Source: Trichormus sp. ATA11-4-KO1 (GTDB taxonomy: Bacteria > Cyanobacteriota > Cyanobacteriia > Cyanobacteriales > Nostocaceae). From it: a stretch of DNA of 64,000 nucleotides. Shown piece after piece: positions 1-9,348 of the stretch (the stretch's first letter is position 1; each line of letters starts with the position of its first letter). The notes below the pieces were generated by a model. It was not told the DNA's origin. It did no database searches and saw only the letters and a program-made list of their open reading frames with translations. The translations under genes and the position numbers were made by a program. The DNA lies in the NCBI GenBank assembly GCA_019358915.1, contig JAHHIM010000010.1:79297-143296 (forward strand), given 5' to 3'.

Positions 1-856
1 TTTCTCTGGCTGGCTCTATATTGTCAACTTCATCACAATCCAGTAACAACGCGCTATTCATTAACCTATATTCGCGTTCCCACAAACGCAGTAAATCATT
101 GATTTCGCTATGACGTAGGCTGGAAACTGCTCCGCCTGACATAATATGTAAGTTGATATTAAGTAGCTTACAGGCTGTAAAGGCGATCGCTCTTTTGCTG
201 GCTACTTCATCCCCACATAACTGGATAACTGGTATGATTGCTGCTGCTGTTTGTGCCCATGTAGTTGCTAATTGTTCAGCTAGTCGTTGATGAGAAGGCA
301 CATCTGCATGATATTTCACTACCAATGGTTCAATCACACCTCGTAGCCGTTGATCAAGATCAGTAAAACCCATGAGATAGTGTAATACCCGTTCATCAAT
401 TCTCAGTGGACTCAAGTTAAGAGCAGCACCTTCTGTGATGTGAATTAGTTGGCATTTCCGCAATGGTGAGGTAGGTGTGACAGCTTGCCAAAAAGCAGTT
501 GGCAAAACTGCCATAGCTAAACTGAAGGTAGGATAAGGTTGTTTTGGGTGACTACCTTTGGTATTAGCACATAAAAAACCCCAATTTGCATCTGTTTCCA
601 TACCTAAACACAGTAGCAATATATCTCTTTCAAAGTCTGATAAACCGAAGATTTGGCAGAGAGTGGTGAGTGCTGGTGGGGGAAGATGGGATGGGTAAGT
701 GGGGGGATGGGGGGAATTTGTATTGTTGCGATCGTCGGGTTTTAAAGCATGGCGAATTACAGTTATGGCATTCATTAAATAACGCTGGTTAGCTTCATAC
801 CATTCAGGAGAGTTAGTAGTTAAACGTAAATTGTGAGTTAATAACTCATCTTTCAT
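1..856 (-). CDS. AAA-family ATPase with N-terminal winged-helix-like domain (Afp15/Pvc15-like, contractile injection system associated); 3' part outside window
   Basis: Absent from ORF track because it is truncated. Manual translation from ATG at 856: MKDELLTH...WYEANQRYLMNAI...LCQIFGLSDFERDILLLCLGMETD...YPTFSLAMAVLP...SPLRIDERVLHYL...LLRLWERE. Open to the window edge; motifs match the N-terminus of cyanobacterial eCIS ATPases. Confidence 0.72.
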   Translation of the reverse strand, partial: MKDELLTHNLRLTTNSPEWYEANQRYLMNAITVIRHALKPDDRNNTNSPHPPTYPSHLPPPALTTLCQIFGLSDFERDILLLCLGMETDANWGFLCANTKGSHPKQPYPTFSLAMAVLPTAFWQAVTPTSPLRKCQLIHITEGAALNLSPLRIDERVLHYLMGFTDLDQRLRGVIEPLVVKYHADVPSHQRLAEQLATTWAQTAAAIIPVIQLCGDEVASKRAIAFTACKLLNINLHIMSGGAVSSLRHSEINDLLRLWEREYRLMNSALLLDCDEVDNIEPARE

Positions 857-927
857 AATTAACCTGAGGGATAAGGAAAAGAACAGGTAGTCAGCTGATA
901 ACAACGTTAAATCCAGCAACCTGCTCT

Positions 928-1383
928 ATGTTTAGTTTAGATGCTTTATTTTGCCATGTAGATGATTTTTGTCAGAGTGAGATGATGACGATACTCATGG
1001 CATTTCATCAAAATCACTACCGGAATTTCCAGTATTTTTATCAATAAAGGCAGAGGGCAGGAGGCAGAAGGAATACTGTCCTCCGTCTTCTGCCGCGACC
1101 ACTCGTGAGCAAGGGTCAAACCAATTCGCAATTACCAATAGAGCCTCCGGATGCCGCCAGGCTGTACGCAATTAAATCAGTGGGGGCTTGGACCCAAATT
1201 GGACAAGGCGGGGCAGAGAGCACCAAATTTCTTTCCTTCTTCCTTATTTCTTCTCTTCCTTCTGCCCTCTGCCCTCTGCCCTCTGCCTTCTTCAATTAAA
1301 TCAAGTGAAACAATACTAAAATCGACGGAAGTCTTACCTCTAGCAGCAAAATCCTTAAACACCTTGTTTCTTGAGATGCGACG
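928..1383. mobile_element. Scrambled IS982-family transposase remnant
   Basis: + strand 928-1047 reads MFSLDALFCHVDDFCQ|SEMMTILMAFHQNHYRNFQYFYQ* (IS982 N-terminus with an internal deletion). - strand 1321-1383 reads RRISRNKVFKDFAARGKTSVD (IS982 core motif), inverted relative to the first piece. Confidence 0.75.
1046..1291. repeat. ~250-bp dispersed repeat element bounded by inverted (GGCAGAG)n/(CTCTGCC)n heptamer tracts
   Basis: Starts AAAGGCAGAGGGCAGGAGGCAGAAGG and ends CCTTCTGCCCTCTGCCCTCTGCCCTCTGCCTTC; TCAAT lies on both sides (1041-1045, 1292-1296). Confidence 0.6.
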
Positions 1384-1416
1384 AACAAGAATCATCCCTT
1401 GATTCAGCAACGCCCG

Positions 1417-3798
1417 TTAATAAGGCCACTTCCAATCGCGAATTTCCGGCATATCTTCGCCGTACTCTTGAATGTAGTGCTTGTGTTCAATCAGCTTATC
1501 TTCTAACATTTGCTTGACATAAGCTGCTGTATATCCTAGTTTGGGCACGCGGTCAATTACGTCCATCACCAGATGAAAACGATCAAGATCGTTAAGCACA
1601 ACCATATCAAAGGGAGTGGTGGTAGTTCCTTCTTCCTTATAGCCACGCACATGCAAATTTTTGTGGTTAGTGTGGCGATAAGTTAGGCGATGAATCAGCC
1701 AGGGATAGCCATGAAAAGCAAAAATGATCGGTTTGTCTGTGGTAAAAATCGTGTCGAAATCTTTACTGCTTAAACCATGGGGATGCTCACTTTGTGGCTG
1801 TAATTTCATTAAATTCACCACGTTAACCACCCGCACCTTTAAGTCAGGGAAGTGCTGGCGCAGGATGTCAACTGCTGCTAAGGTTTCTAAGGTGGGAACA
1901 TCTCCAGCACAAGCCATGACTACATCAGGTTCACTACCTTTGTCATTACTGGCCCATTCCCAAATGCTGATACCTTTGGTGCAATGTTTAATAGCTGCAT
2001 CCATATTTAGGAATTGCAATGATGGTTGTTTACCTGCAACGATGACATTTACATAGTGGCGACTTCTCAGGCAATGGTCTGTTACTGACAGCAGTGTGTT
2101 GGCATCGGGTGGCAGATATACGCGAATAATCTCGGCTTTCTTGTTAAGTACATGGTCGATAAAACCGGGGTCTTGGTGAGAAAAACCGTTGTGGTCTTGT
2201 CGCCAGACATGGGAAGTTAGTAAGTAGTTGAGAGAAGCAATAGGTCTGCGCCAAGGGATATGACGGGTAGTTTTTAACCATTTGGCGTGTTGGTTAAACA
2301 TCGAGTCAATGATGTGAATGAATGCCTCATAGCAGGAGAAAAACCCGTGACGACCTGTCAGCAGGTATCCTTCTAACCAGCCTTGACAATTAGTTTCGCT
2401 GAGGACTTCCATCACCCGACCGTTAGGAGATAAATGCTCGTCTTCTGGAAGGATTTCGGCTACCCAAGTCCGGTCTGTAACTTCCAGCACAGCATCTAGG
2501 CGATTTGACGCTGTTTCATCAGGGCCGACAAGGCGAAAGTTGCGGTTTTCTGCGTTCAGTTTCATCACATCCCGCAAAAATTGTCCCGTCACTTTGGTAG
2601 CTTCGGCATAGCTTTTACCCGGTTGGGTAACATTCACTGCATAGTCCTGAAAGTCGGGCATTTTCAGGTCGCGCAGCAAAATACCGCCGTTGGCATGAGG
2701 ATTGTCACCCATGCGCCGATGTCCTAGGGGAGCGAGTTCTGCTAGTTCAGGAATTAGTTTACCGTTGGTATCGAAGAGTTCTTCTGGTTTGTAACTCTTC
2801 ATCCAGTCTTCTAGTAATTTTAGGTGTTCTGGGTTACCGAATACATTGCCAAACGGAACTTGGTGCGATCGCCAGAAATCTTCGGTTTTCTTGCCATCTA
2901 CTTCCTTGGGACCTGTCCAACCTTTGGGGGTTCTGAGGATAATCATCGGCCATTGGGGACGTTTTTTGAAACCATGTACCCTGGCTTCTCTTTGGATGCT
3001 TTGAATTTCGGCGATCGCAATATCTAAAATTGCTGCCATCTGCTGGTGAACGTCTGCGGGTTCGGCACCTTCCACAAAGTAAGGTTTGTAACCATAACCT
3101 AAAAACAAGTTCTCCAATTCTTCATAACTCAACCGTGCCAGTAAAGTTGGGTTAGCTATTTTATACCCGTTGAGGTGTAATATGGGCAGGACTGCACCAT
3201 CATGCACAGGATTGAGAAATTTGTTGGAATGCCAGCTAGCAGCTAAAGCCCCTGTTTCCGCTTCGCCATCACCCACTACAGCCGCCACAATCAAATCAGG
3301 GTTGTCAAAAGCAGCACCATAGGCGTGGACGAGGGCATAACCAAGTTCGCCGCCTTCGTGAATTGAACCGGGGGTTTCTGGTGCAACGTGGCTAGGAATA
3401 CCACCAGGGAAGGAGAACTGTTTAAAGAGTTTCTTCATGCCCTCAGCATCTTGGGAGATGTTTGGGTAGTACTCGCTGTAAGTACCTTCCAGGTAGGTAT
3501 TGGCTACTAGTCCTGGTCCACCATGACCTGGCCCAGCGATATAGATTGTGTTGAGGTCGTACTTTTTGATGACTCTGTTGAGATGAACATAGATAAAGTT
3601 GAGTCCTGGTGTTGTTCCCCAGTGACCCAAAAGTCGGGGTTTGACGTGTTCCTGCTTTAATGGTTCTCGCAGCAGTGGATTGTCAAATAGATATATTTGC
3701 CCGACTGAAAGATAGTTGGCAGCACGCCAGTAGGCATTTATTTTATGTAGTTCTTCATCTTTTAAAGGTTTTGTTTGTGGAGTACTTACTAAAGTCAT
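1417..3798 (-). CDS. xfp: Phosphoketolase (xylulose-5-P/fructose-6-P)
   Basis: 793 aa; [24 protein letters not shown] (TPP-binding) and [12 protein letters not shown] motifs. Confidence 0.95.
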   Translation of the reverse strand: MTLVSTPQTKPLKDEELHKINAYWRAANYLSVGQIYLFDNPLLREPLKQEHVKPRLLGHWGTTPGLNFIYVHLNRVIKKYDLNTIYIAGPGHGGPGLVANTYLEGTYSEYYPNISQDAEGMKKLFKQFSFPGGIPSHVAPETPGSIHEGGELGYALVHAYGAAFDNPDLIVAAVVGDGEAETGALAASWHSNKFLNPVHDGAVLPILHLNGYKIANPTLLARLSYEELENLFLGYGYKPYFVEGAEPADVHQQMAAILDIAIAEIQSIQREARVHGFKKRPQWPMIILRTPKGWTGPKEVDGKKTEDFWRSHQVPFGNVFGNPEHLKLLEDWMKSYKPEELFDTNGKLIPELAELAPLGHRRMGDNPHANGGILLRDLKMPDFQDYAVNVTQPGKSYAEATKVTGQFLRDVMKLNAENRNFRLVGPDETASNRLDAVLEVTDRTWVAEILPEDEHLSPNGRVMEVLSETNCQGWLEGYLLTGRHGFFSCYEAFIHIIDSMFNQHAKWLKTTRHIPWRRPIASLNYLLTSHVWRQDHNGFSHQDPGFIDHVLNKKAEIIRVYLPPDANTLLSVTDHCLRSRHYVNVIVAGKQPSLQFLNMDAAIKHCTKGISIWEWASNDKGSEPDVVMACAGDVPTLETLAAVDILRQHFPDLKVRVVNVVNLMKLQPQSEHPHGLSSKDFDTIFTTDKPIIFAFHGYPWLIHRLTYRHTNHKNLHVRGYKEEGTTTTPFDMVVLNDLDRFHLVMDVIDRVPKLGYTAAYVKQMLEDKLIEHKHYIQEYGEDMPEIRDWKWPY

Positions 3799-3935
3799 AT
3801 TAATTAAACTCCATGATAAAATTATTTCGACAAATTCATTAGTATGCCAGTTTAATCATCTGTGGTCAGAGGTTCATCTTACCCACGATGAATTTTTTTC
3901 AGTTGGCTACTGAAAAATTAGGCATCATATTCATC

Positions 3936-4057
3936 TATAGCAATCGTATCTGAGTGGGAAAATTACTTTTTTTAAACATATCGCTAAAGCTTAAAGCTCC
4001 GCTAAAGCGTAGCGCATATCGCCAAAACGCCAAGAATCACCCATTTAAGACTGCTAT
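3936..4057. mobile_element. Degenerate MITE with ATAGCA(A/G)TC terminal inverted repeats
   Basis: Left end TATAGCAATCGTATCTGAGTG; reverse complement of right end ATAGCAGTCTTAAATGGGTG. Confidence 0.5.
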
Positions 4058-4476
4058 GTTATGGTTGCTCAATCTCAGATGAATGTTTAAAAAAAGTTGA
4101 TGGTGATCTCTATAAAAAAATACCAGAATCAGTATCTAAATAAATAGTTTTTAAGATTAAGTTTATGTTTTATTCACATCGATAGAGAATAATATGGCAA
4201 TATATTCAGAAATTATTATCACTCCAATTTATAAATATGTCTTTTGACAGAAGTTTATTATATGATTATCAGGTAATAAATCAAATAAGCCTAATCAACA
4301 TGACAAATGTGATGGCAGAAAGCCCTTAATGATATTGAGTGACATTGCCTTTGGCTGATAGTAATCGATGGTGAATTAAAGAAGGAAGTGCTGTTGGAGT
4401 CAGAGTATGAAGCTGATATTCCTTTAAAGAACCGCACCTAAAATAATTTTAAGGTTGGCTATGGAACCAACCTTAT

Positions 4477-4570
4477 TAGGACTTACGCAAAATACTTCTT
4501 TAACTCTCATTCCTCCGTGTTCTCTGTGCCTCTGCGATACGATTCTTCCGTAACTTGTGCGTAAGTCCTA
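4477..4570. mobile_element. MITE with TAGGACTTACGCA...TGCGTAAGTCCTA terminal inverted repeats
   Basis: Perfect 13-bp TIR including terminal TA; a second family member lies at 24984-25091. Confidence 0.8.
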
Positions 4571-4626
4571 CTTATATTCCCCTCATATTTATAATTTTTT
4601 TGCAGCACCCTTTTTGGGTCTGATAC

Positions 4627-6240
4627 TTACTCTGAGATATTAACTAAAGTTTCAACTTGAGAAGAAGCTAAAGTTGGTGCTGTAAATATACGCGAGTACA
4701 AACTTGCTGGTTGCTGACGTGCGACAACTGGTAGAACTTGACGGGCATGGGCTGCTAGTTCTACTGTCTTCACATCATAAGTCTGCGTTGCCAATTTGGG
4801 ATAGAAACCAATGCCGATGATGGGAACTATCAAACAAGCAGTGATAAACAATTCGCGGGGTTTGATATCGGCAATTACTGCATCTAAATGTAATTCTTCG
4901 CTTTGCTGACCGTAGAATACTTGGCGCAGCATGGACAGTAAGTAAATCGGTGTCAAAATCACGCCCACGGCTGACAACAGGATGATGACAACTTTGAAAC
5001 TGGAACTGTAAACATCGCTGGAGGCAATACCGAGGAACACCATCAATTCACCGACAAAGCCACTCATTCCAGGTAAAGCCAGAGAGGCCATTGAACCAAC
5101 AGTAAACATTGCGAAGGTTCTGGGCATTACTTTCGCCATACCGCCCATTTTGTCCATCATCAAGGTGTGAGTACGTTCGTAAGTTACACCAGAGAGGAAG
5201 AATAAACTAGCAGCAATCAAACCGTGGGAAACCATCTGTAGCACTGCACCACTAGCACCAATTTCGGTGTAAGAGGCAATTCCGATTAAGACAAATCCCA
5301 TGTGGGCAATTGAAGAGTAAGCCAAGCGGCGTTTGAGATTTGTTTGGGCGAAGGCACAGCAAGCACCGTAAACAATGTTCACTACACCCAACACTGCTAG
5401 GACTGGGGCAAAGTAAACATGGGCATTAGGCAACATTTCCACGTTGATACGGATGAGGGCATAACCACCCATTTTTAACAACACACCAGCCAAAATCATG
5501 GAACCAGGTGCAGATGCTTCACCGTGGGCATCAGGTAACCAGGTGTGTAAAGGGAAAATTGGCAACTTCACACCGAAGGCAATCAAGAAACCTGCATAAG
5601 TTAACAATTCAACAGCTTTGGGGTATTGCTTCATGCCCAGAGTTGCCATGTCGAAGGTGACGGTATCTCCAGAGAATGCCATGGCAAAACCAGCTACCAA
5701 GATAAATATTGATGCTGCAGCTGTGTAGAGAATGAACTTGGTGGCTGCATAACGGCGGTTTTGACCTCCCCAAATGGAAATCAGCAGGTAGACAGGTACT
5801 AACTCTATTTCCCACATCAGGAAGAACAACAGCAAATCTTGGGCGACAAATACACCAAGTTGAGCGCTGTACATCGCCAACATCAAACCATAAAACAATC
5901 GCGGCTTGTTGGTGACTTTCCAAGCCGCGAAGATTGCGAGTGTATTAATCAAACCTGTTAACAGGACTAGGGGCATCGATAAACCATCAACCCCGACTGC
6001 CCAATTTAAACCTAGTTGTGGAACCCAAGTATAATTTTCTACGAGTTGCAGTGTGGAGTTTTGGAAATCGTAGCTATGCCAAAAAGCATAAATCATCAGG
6101 GCAAAGTCGGCGATCGCAACTCCCAGAACATACCACCGAACGGTTTTGCCTTCTTTATCTGGGATTAAAGGGATGGCTAGGGCAGCCACCAAGGGCAATA
6201 AAACTATGGCTGACAGCCAGGGAAATTCAATAGCATTCAT
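4627..6240 (-). CDS. ndhD: NAD(P)H-quinone oxidoreductase subunit 4 (NdhD2-type)
   Basis: Polytopic membrane protein with [12 protein letters not shown] and [15 protein letters not shown] motifs; ATG start at 6240 (MNAIEF). Confidence 0.93.
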   Translation of the reverse strand: MNAIEFPWLSAIVLLPLVAALAIPLIPDKEGKTVRWYVLGVAIADFALMIYAFWHSYDFQNSTLQLVENYTWVPQLGLNWAVGVDGLSMPLVLLTGLINTLAIFAAWKVTNKPRLFYGLMLAMYSAQLGVFVAQDLLLFFLMWEIELVPVYLLISIWGGQNRRYAATKFILYTAAASIFILVAGFAMAFSGDTVTFDMATLGMKQYPKAVELLTYAGFLIAFGVKLPIFPLHTWLPDAHGEASAPGSMILAGVLLKMGGYALIRINVEMLPNAHVYFAPVLAVLGVVNIVYGACCAFAQTNLKRRLAYSSIAHMGFVLIGIASYTEIGASGAVLQMVSHGLIAASLFFLSGVTYERTHTLMMDKMGGMAKVMPRTFAMFTVGSMASLALPGMSGFVGELMVFLGIASSDVYSSSFKVVIILLSAVGVILTPIYLLSMLRQVFYGQQSEELHLDAVIADIKPRELFITACLIVPIIGIGFYPKLATQTYDVKTVELAAHARQVLPVVARQQPASLYSRIFTAPTLASSQVETLVNISE

Positions 6241-6516
6241 CACTTCTGACAATCAATTTACCTTTTTACTTTTAATTACATTATATTAAGGAATCGTTAC
6301 TTTTGTAAATGTTATTTATCCCTAATCCCGGTTTTTTGCAAAAATTTTAGGAATAAATACTCATTGATTCCCGTCAAGCCTATTCTAATTGTAAACTTTT
6401 GCAACGTCAACAAAAAAAATAATAAAAAAGGCGGCTAAAGCCACCGTTTAAAGTTATGATATTCAATGGTTTGCATAGATACGGATAATTTGATCAAACC
6501 GCAAAGAGTGCCAAGT

Positions 6517-7062
6517 TTAAACAATTCGATTCACAATTGTCCAGACTTCTCCATCTGAGCGGACATAGGGAACTGAGATGGTTTTAAACCCAGTAATAAA
6601 AGGTTTGTAGTACACCTGCCAATACATGGGACTGAGATAATCAGCACAAGACTTCAACTGGCGGATTTCTGTTGCTAGTTCCGCAGCCAGTTGATTAATG
6701 CGTTCAGCATGAACCTGAGCCACTTCTCTGGCTGCTTCTAACTCTTGCTCTTGGGTAAGTTGTCTTGATTCTTTTTGCCAATTTTTTAATTCAGCTTGTT
6801 TGTATTGTCGCTGTACTTCCAACGCCGCGATCGCATCGTCTATACCCTTGAGTTCTACAGACAATTGGGGATTTTCTCTGGCTTGGCGGCGATAAGCTTC
6901 AACCATTGCCGACGGTGAATTATTTTCGCTAGATAATACATTATTAGCTGAATCATGATCGCCAGATAACACATTCTCAATAGTTAGCGCAGCGCGTTCT
7001 TGCTGGAGAGCCTGAATTTGTGAGTTCAGGGTGGTGATTTCTGTATGAATTGGATTAATCAT
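6517..7062 (-). CDS. Conserved cyanobacterial coiled-coil hypothetical protein
   Basis: 181 aa, Q/E/A-rich heptads, aromatic C-terminus; starts 6 bp after the thrB stop. Confidence 0.75.
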   Translation of the reverse strand: MINPIHTEITTLNSQIQALQQERAALTIENVLSGDHDSANNVLSSENNSPSAMVEAYRRQARENPQLSVELKGIDDAIAALEVQRQYKQAELKNWQKESRQLTQEQELEAAREVAQVHAERINQLAAELATEIRQLKSCADYLSPMYWQVYYKPFITGFKTISVPYVRSDGEVWTIVNRIV

Positions 7063-7068
7063 TGCGGT

Positions 7069-7986
7069 TTATCCTTCGTAGCTTGCACCTTGGGTATCGA
7101 GAGAAAGCGATCGCACAACTGCTATAATTCCTGCTGACTGCCAAGCTGATAACATAGCCTCCTCTACAGCTGGGGAATGCAACTTATGTACTAAAGCTAA
7201 CAGTGTTGGCCCTGCACCACTAATCACCATCCCATAGGCACCAGCTTTCACCGCAGCTGCATTTACCGTATCGTAGCCAGGAATCAAAGCTTGACGATAT
7301 GGCTGATGCAATTTATCTTGCAAAGCCGTCCTTAACCATTCTCCCTTACCAGTTTCCAAGCCGCGTAATAATAACCCTAGATGCGCTGTGTTGAAAATTG
7401 CATCTGCACGACTCACTTGAGTGGGTAAAACTTGCCGTGCTTCACTGGTGGAAAGTTCAAAATCAGGAATAGCTACTACTGGTACAACATCTGCATTCCA
7501 GGGAACTTCGCAAATTTCCCAATCATCGCCATAGGTAGCAGCCAAACGACATCCCCCCAACAGTGCTGGAACTACATTATCAGGATGCCCTTCCATTGCG
7601 ATCGCTAATTCCATCACCTGCAACTGACTCAAAGGCTCACCCGCCAGTTGATTCGCACCAACCAAGCCGCCGACAATGGCTGTAGCTGAACTACCCAAAC
7701 CTCTCGCCAAGGGTACACCCAACTCAATCTCCATTTTTACCGATGGCGGTGTCTGTCCTATATATTGATAGCACTTAACAAACGCCTGATAGAGCAAATT
7801 ACTTTCATCGGTTTGCACCCGTTCGGCTTCTGCACCTGTGACATTAATAATTAATCCACCCTCTTCTAAGCGAGTGAACTTGAATTTGTTGTACAGAGTT
7901 AAAGCTGCACCAATACAGTCAAAACCAGGCCCCAAGTTAGCCGTGGTGGCAGGAACGGTAACAGTGATACTAGAAACGACAGACAT
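7069..7986 (-). CDS. thrB: Homoserine kinase
   Basis: [22 protein letters not shown] (GHMP motif), EGHPDN and ISGAGPT; start placed at MSVVSS. Confidence 0.95.
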   Translation of the reverse strand: MSVVSSITVTVPATTANLGPGFDCIGAALTLYNKFKFTRLEEGGLIINVTGAEAERVQTDESNLLYQAFVKCYQYIGQTPPSVKMEIELGVPLARGLGSSATAIVGGLVGANQLAGEPLSQLQVMELAIAMEGHPDNVVPALLGGCRLAATYGDDWEICEVPWNADVVPVVAIPDFELSTSEARQVLPTQVSRADAIFNTAHLGLLLRGLETGKGEWLRTALQDKLHQPYRQALIPGYDTVNAAAVKAGAYGMVISGAGPTLLALVHKLHSPAVEEAMLSAWQSAGIIAVVRSLSLDTQGASYEG

Positions 7987-8101
7987 CTGCAAATACTCTC
8001 CAATCATCAACCAGCATCTCATGTAAAGGTTACTGTTAGGTAGTTTGTAAAAGTCAATAACCAGATTAAAATAAGACTAGATTTCAATAGTTAAGGTAAC
8101 A

Positions 8102-8326
8102 ATGGAAGTTTTTCAGATGAAGTCAACTGTTGGTGAATCAGGAGATTTGCATATTGAGATTCCCACAAAGTTGCCACCCGGACAGGTAAGTATAGTAGTT
8201 ATATTGAATCCTCTTGTCCCAAACAGCGTACTGGAAGCTGATTATGATTTTTCTGATGTCGCCGGAAAGTTAGCCTGGCAGGGGGATGCAGTAGCCATGC
8301 AAAGGTTGCTTAGGGATGAGTGGTAA
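8102..8326 (+). CDS. Putative antitoxin paired with a PIN toxin
   Basis: 74 aa ending QRLLRDEW; overlaps the start of the PIN gene. Confidence 0.7.
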   Translation: MEVFQMKSTVGESGDLHIEIPTKLPPGQVSIVVILNPLVPNSVLEADYDFSDVAGKLAWQGDAVAMQRLLRDEW

Positions 8327-8694
8327 TCGTTATTTGCTTGATACAAATGCGGTGGTGGCACTGCTACAAGGTAATTCACAACTACTACAACTGTTGCAAA
8401 ATGCTGATTGGGTGGGAATTTCTGTTATTAGTCAAATTGAATTTTTAGCATTTTCTGGGTTGAGTCAGGAAGATAAGCTAGTTTTTCAGCAATTTTTAAG
8501 ACGGGTGGAAGTTGTTAGTTTAATGTCCGGGGATACAGTATTAATTGAACAGGTGATCCAACTTCGCCAACAATATCGCCTAAAATTACCGGATGCAATC
8601 ATCGCAGCAATGGCCGCTTCAGATCAATGCAAACTTGGTAACTCTAGATCAGGAATTTGCTAAAGTCTCCACACTAAAAGTTATTGGCTGGTAG
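8316..8694 (+). pseudogene. vapC: VapC/PIN-domain toxin with a +1 frameshift near 8614
   Basis: LLDTNAVV, SVISQIE and KLPDAIIAA motifs. The natural tail ALQINANLVTLDQEFAKVSTLKVIGW* continues in another frame to TAG at 8692-8694. Confidence 0.75.
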
Positions 8695-8744
8695 CTGGCA
8701 AAGTCTTGCTTGATTTTAGCAGCGTCGCTGATTTACAGTCGTGG

Positions 8745-8802
8745 TTAGGCTAAACAATGCCTAGCCTACGAAGGGTTAAAAGTTCTCGAAGTTAGCGATC
8801 GC
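8745..8802. repeat. Direct repeat copy 1: orphan thrS 3' tail plus hairpin, ending in HIP1
   Basis: 52/58 identical to 9291-9348 by manual alignment. Confidence 0.9.
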
Positions 8803-9094
8803 CTTTTAGTTCATCTACGAGTCTGTTTCCATGAATCACTGCTGCAATAGTCACGGTGTCACCTTGAATTCGATAAATAATTCGATAACTGTATGCAAAC
8901 TTTTCCCTGATATTATCTTTACCAAACTCTGGTACTAATCGACCTGAAAAGGGAAATTCGTTTAAATTTTGAGTTACATCAAGTATTTTTTGTACGACTG
9001 TAGCCGCATAAGCAGCCGAGTCACGAGATATGTATGTAGCGATTGCTTCTACATCTTCTAAAGCTTTAGTAGACCAGACTACTTGATAAGCCAT
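8792..9094 (-). CDS. Type II toxin, RelE/ParE family
   Basis: MAYQVVWSTKALEDVEAIATYI...PFSGRLVPE...YRIIYRI...VIHG. Confidence 0.9.
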   Translation of the reverse strand: MAYQVVWSTKALEDVEAIATYISRDSAAYAATVVQKILDVTQNLNEFPFSGRLVPEFGKDNIREKFAYSYRIIYRIQGDTVTIAAVIHGNRLVDELKGDR

Positions 9095-9267
9095 TTGCTT
9101 AAAAGTTCTTTAGCTTCTTGTTGGCTAATGGTTTTTTCTGTATCAGCTACTTCCAATCCATGACGAACTTTTTCGATGACATACAAATGATACTGGATAT
9201 CTTCAATTGAGCAGTCATCTGGTAGTTGCTGTAAAAGAGATTGCACTTGTGCTTTTGTAGTACTCAT
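9079..9267 (-). CDS. Antitoxin upstream of RelE/ParE toxin
   Basis: MSTTKAQVQSLLQQLPDDCSIEDIQYHLYVIEKVRHGL; overlaps the toxin start. Confidence 0.8.
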   Translation of the reverse strand: MSTTKAQVQSLLQQLPDDCSIEDIQYHLYVIEKVRHGLEVADTEKTISQQEAKELLSKWLIK

Positions 9268-9290
9268 AGGCTGTTTGAGTGATTTATTTT

Positions 9291-9348
9291 TTAGACTAGA
9301 CAATGCCTAGCCTACGGATGGTTAGAAGTTATCGAAGTTAGCGATCGC
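9291..9348. repeat. Direct repeat copy 2: functional thrS 3' end
   Basis: Contains the thrS stop codon and HIP1 at 9341-9348. Confidence 0.9.

Noticed and set aside
946..1410. Four short ORFs listed in the track
   Set aside because: They are read-throughs of heptamer repeats and IS982 debris.
8035..8740. vapBC module as a second integron cassette (GTTAGGT upstream)
   Set aside because: There is no complementary inverse core or attC hairpin downstream.
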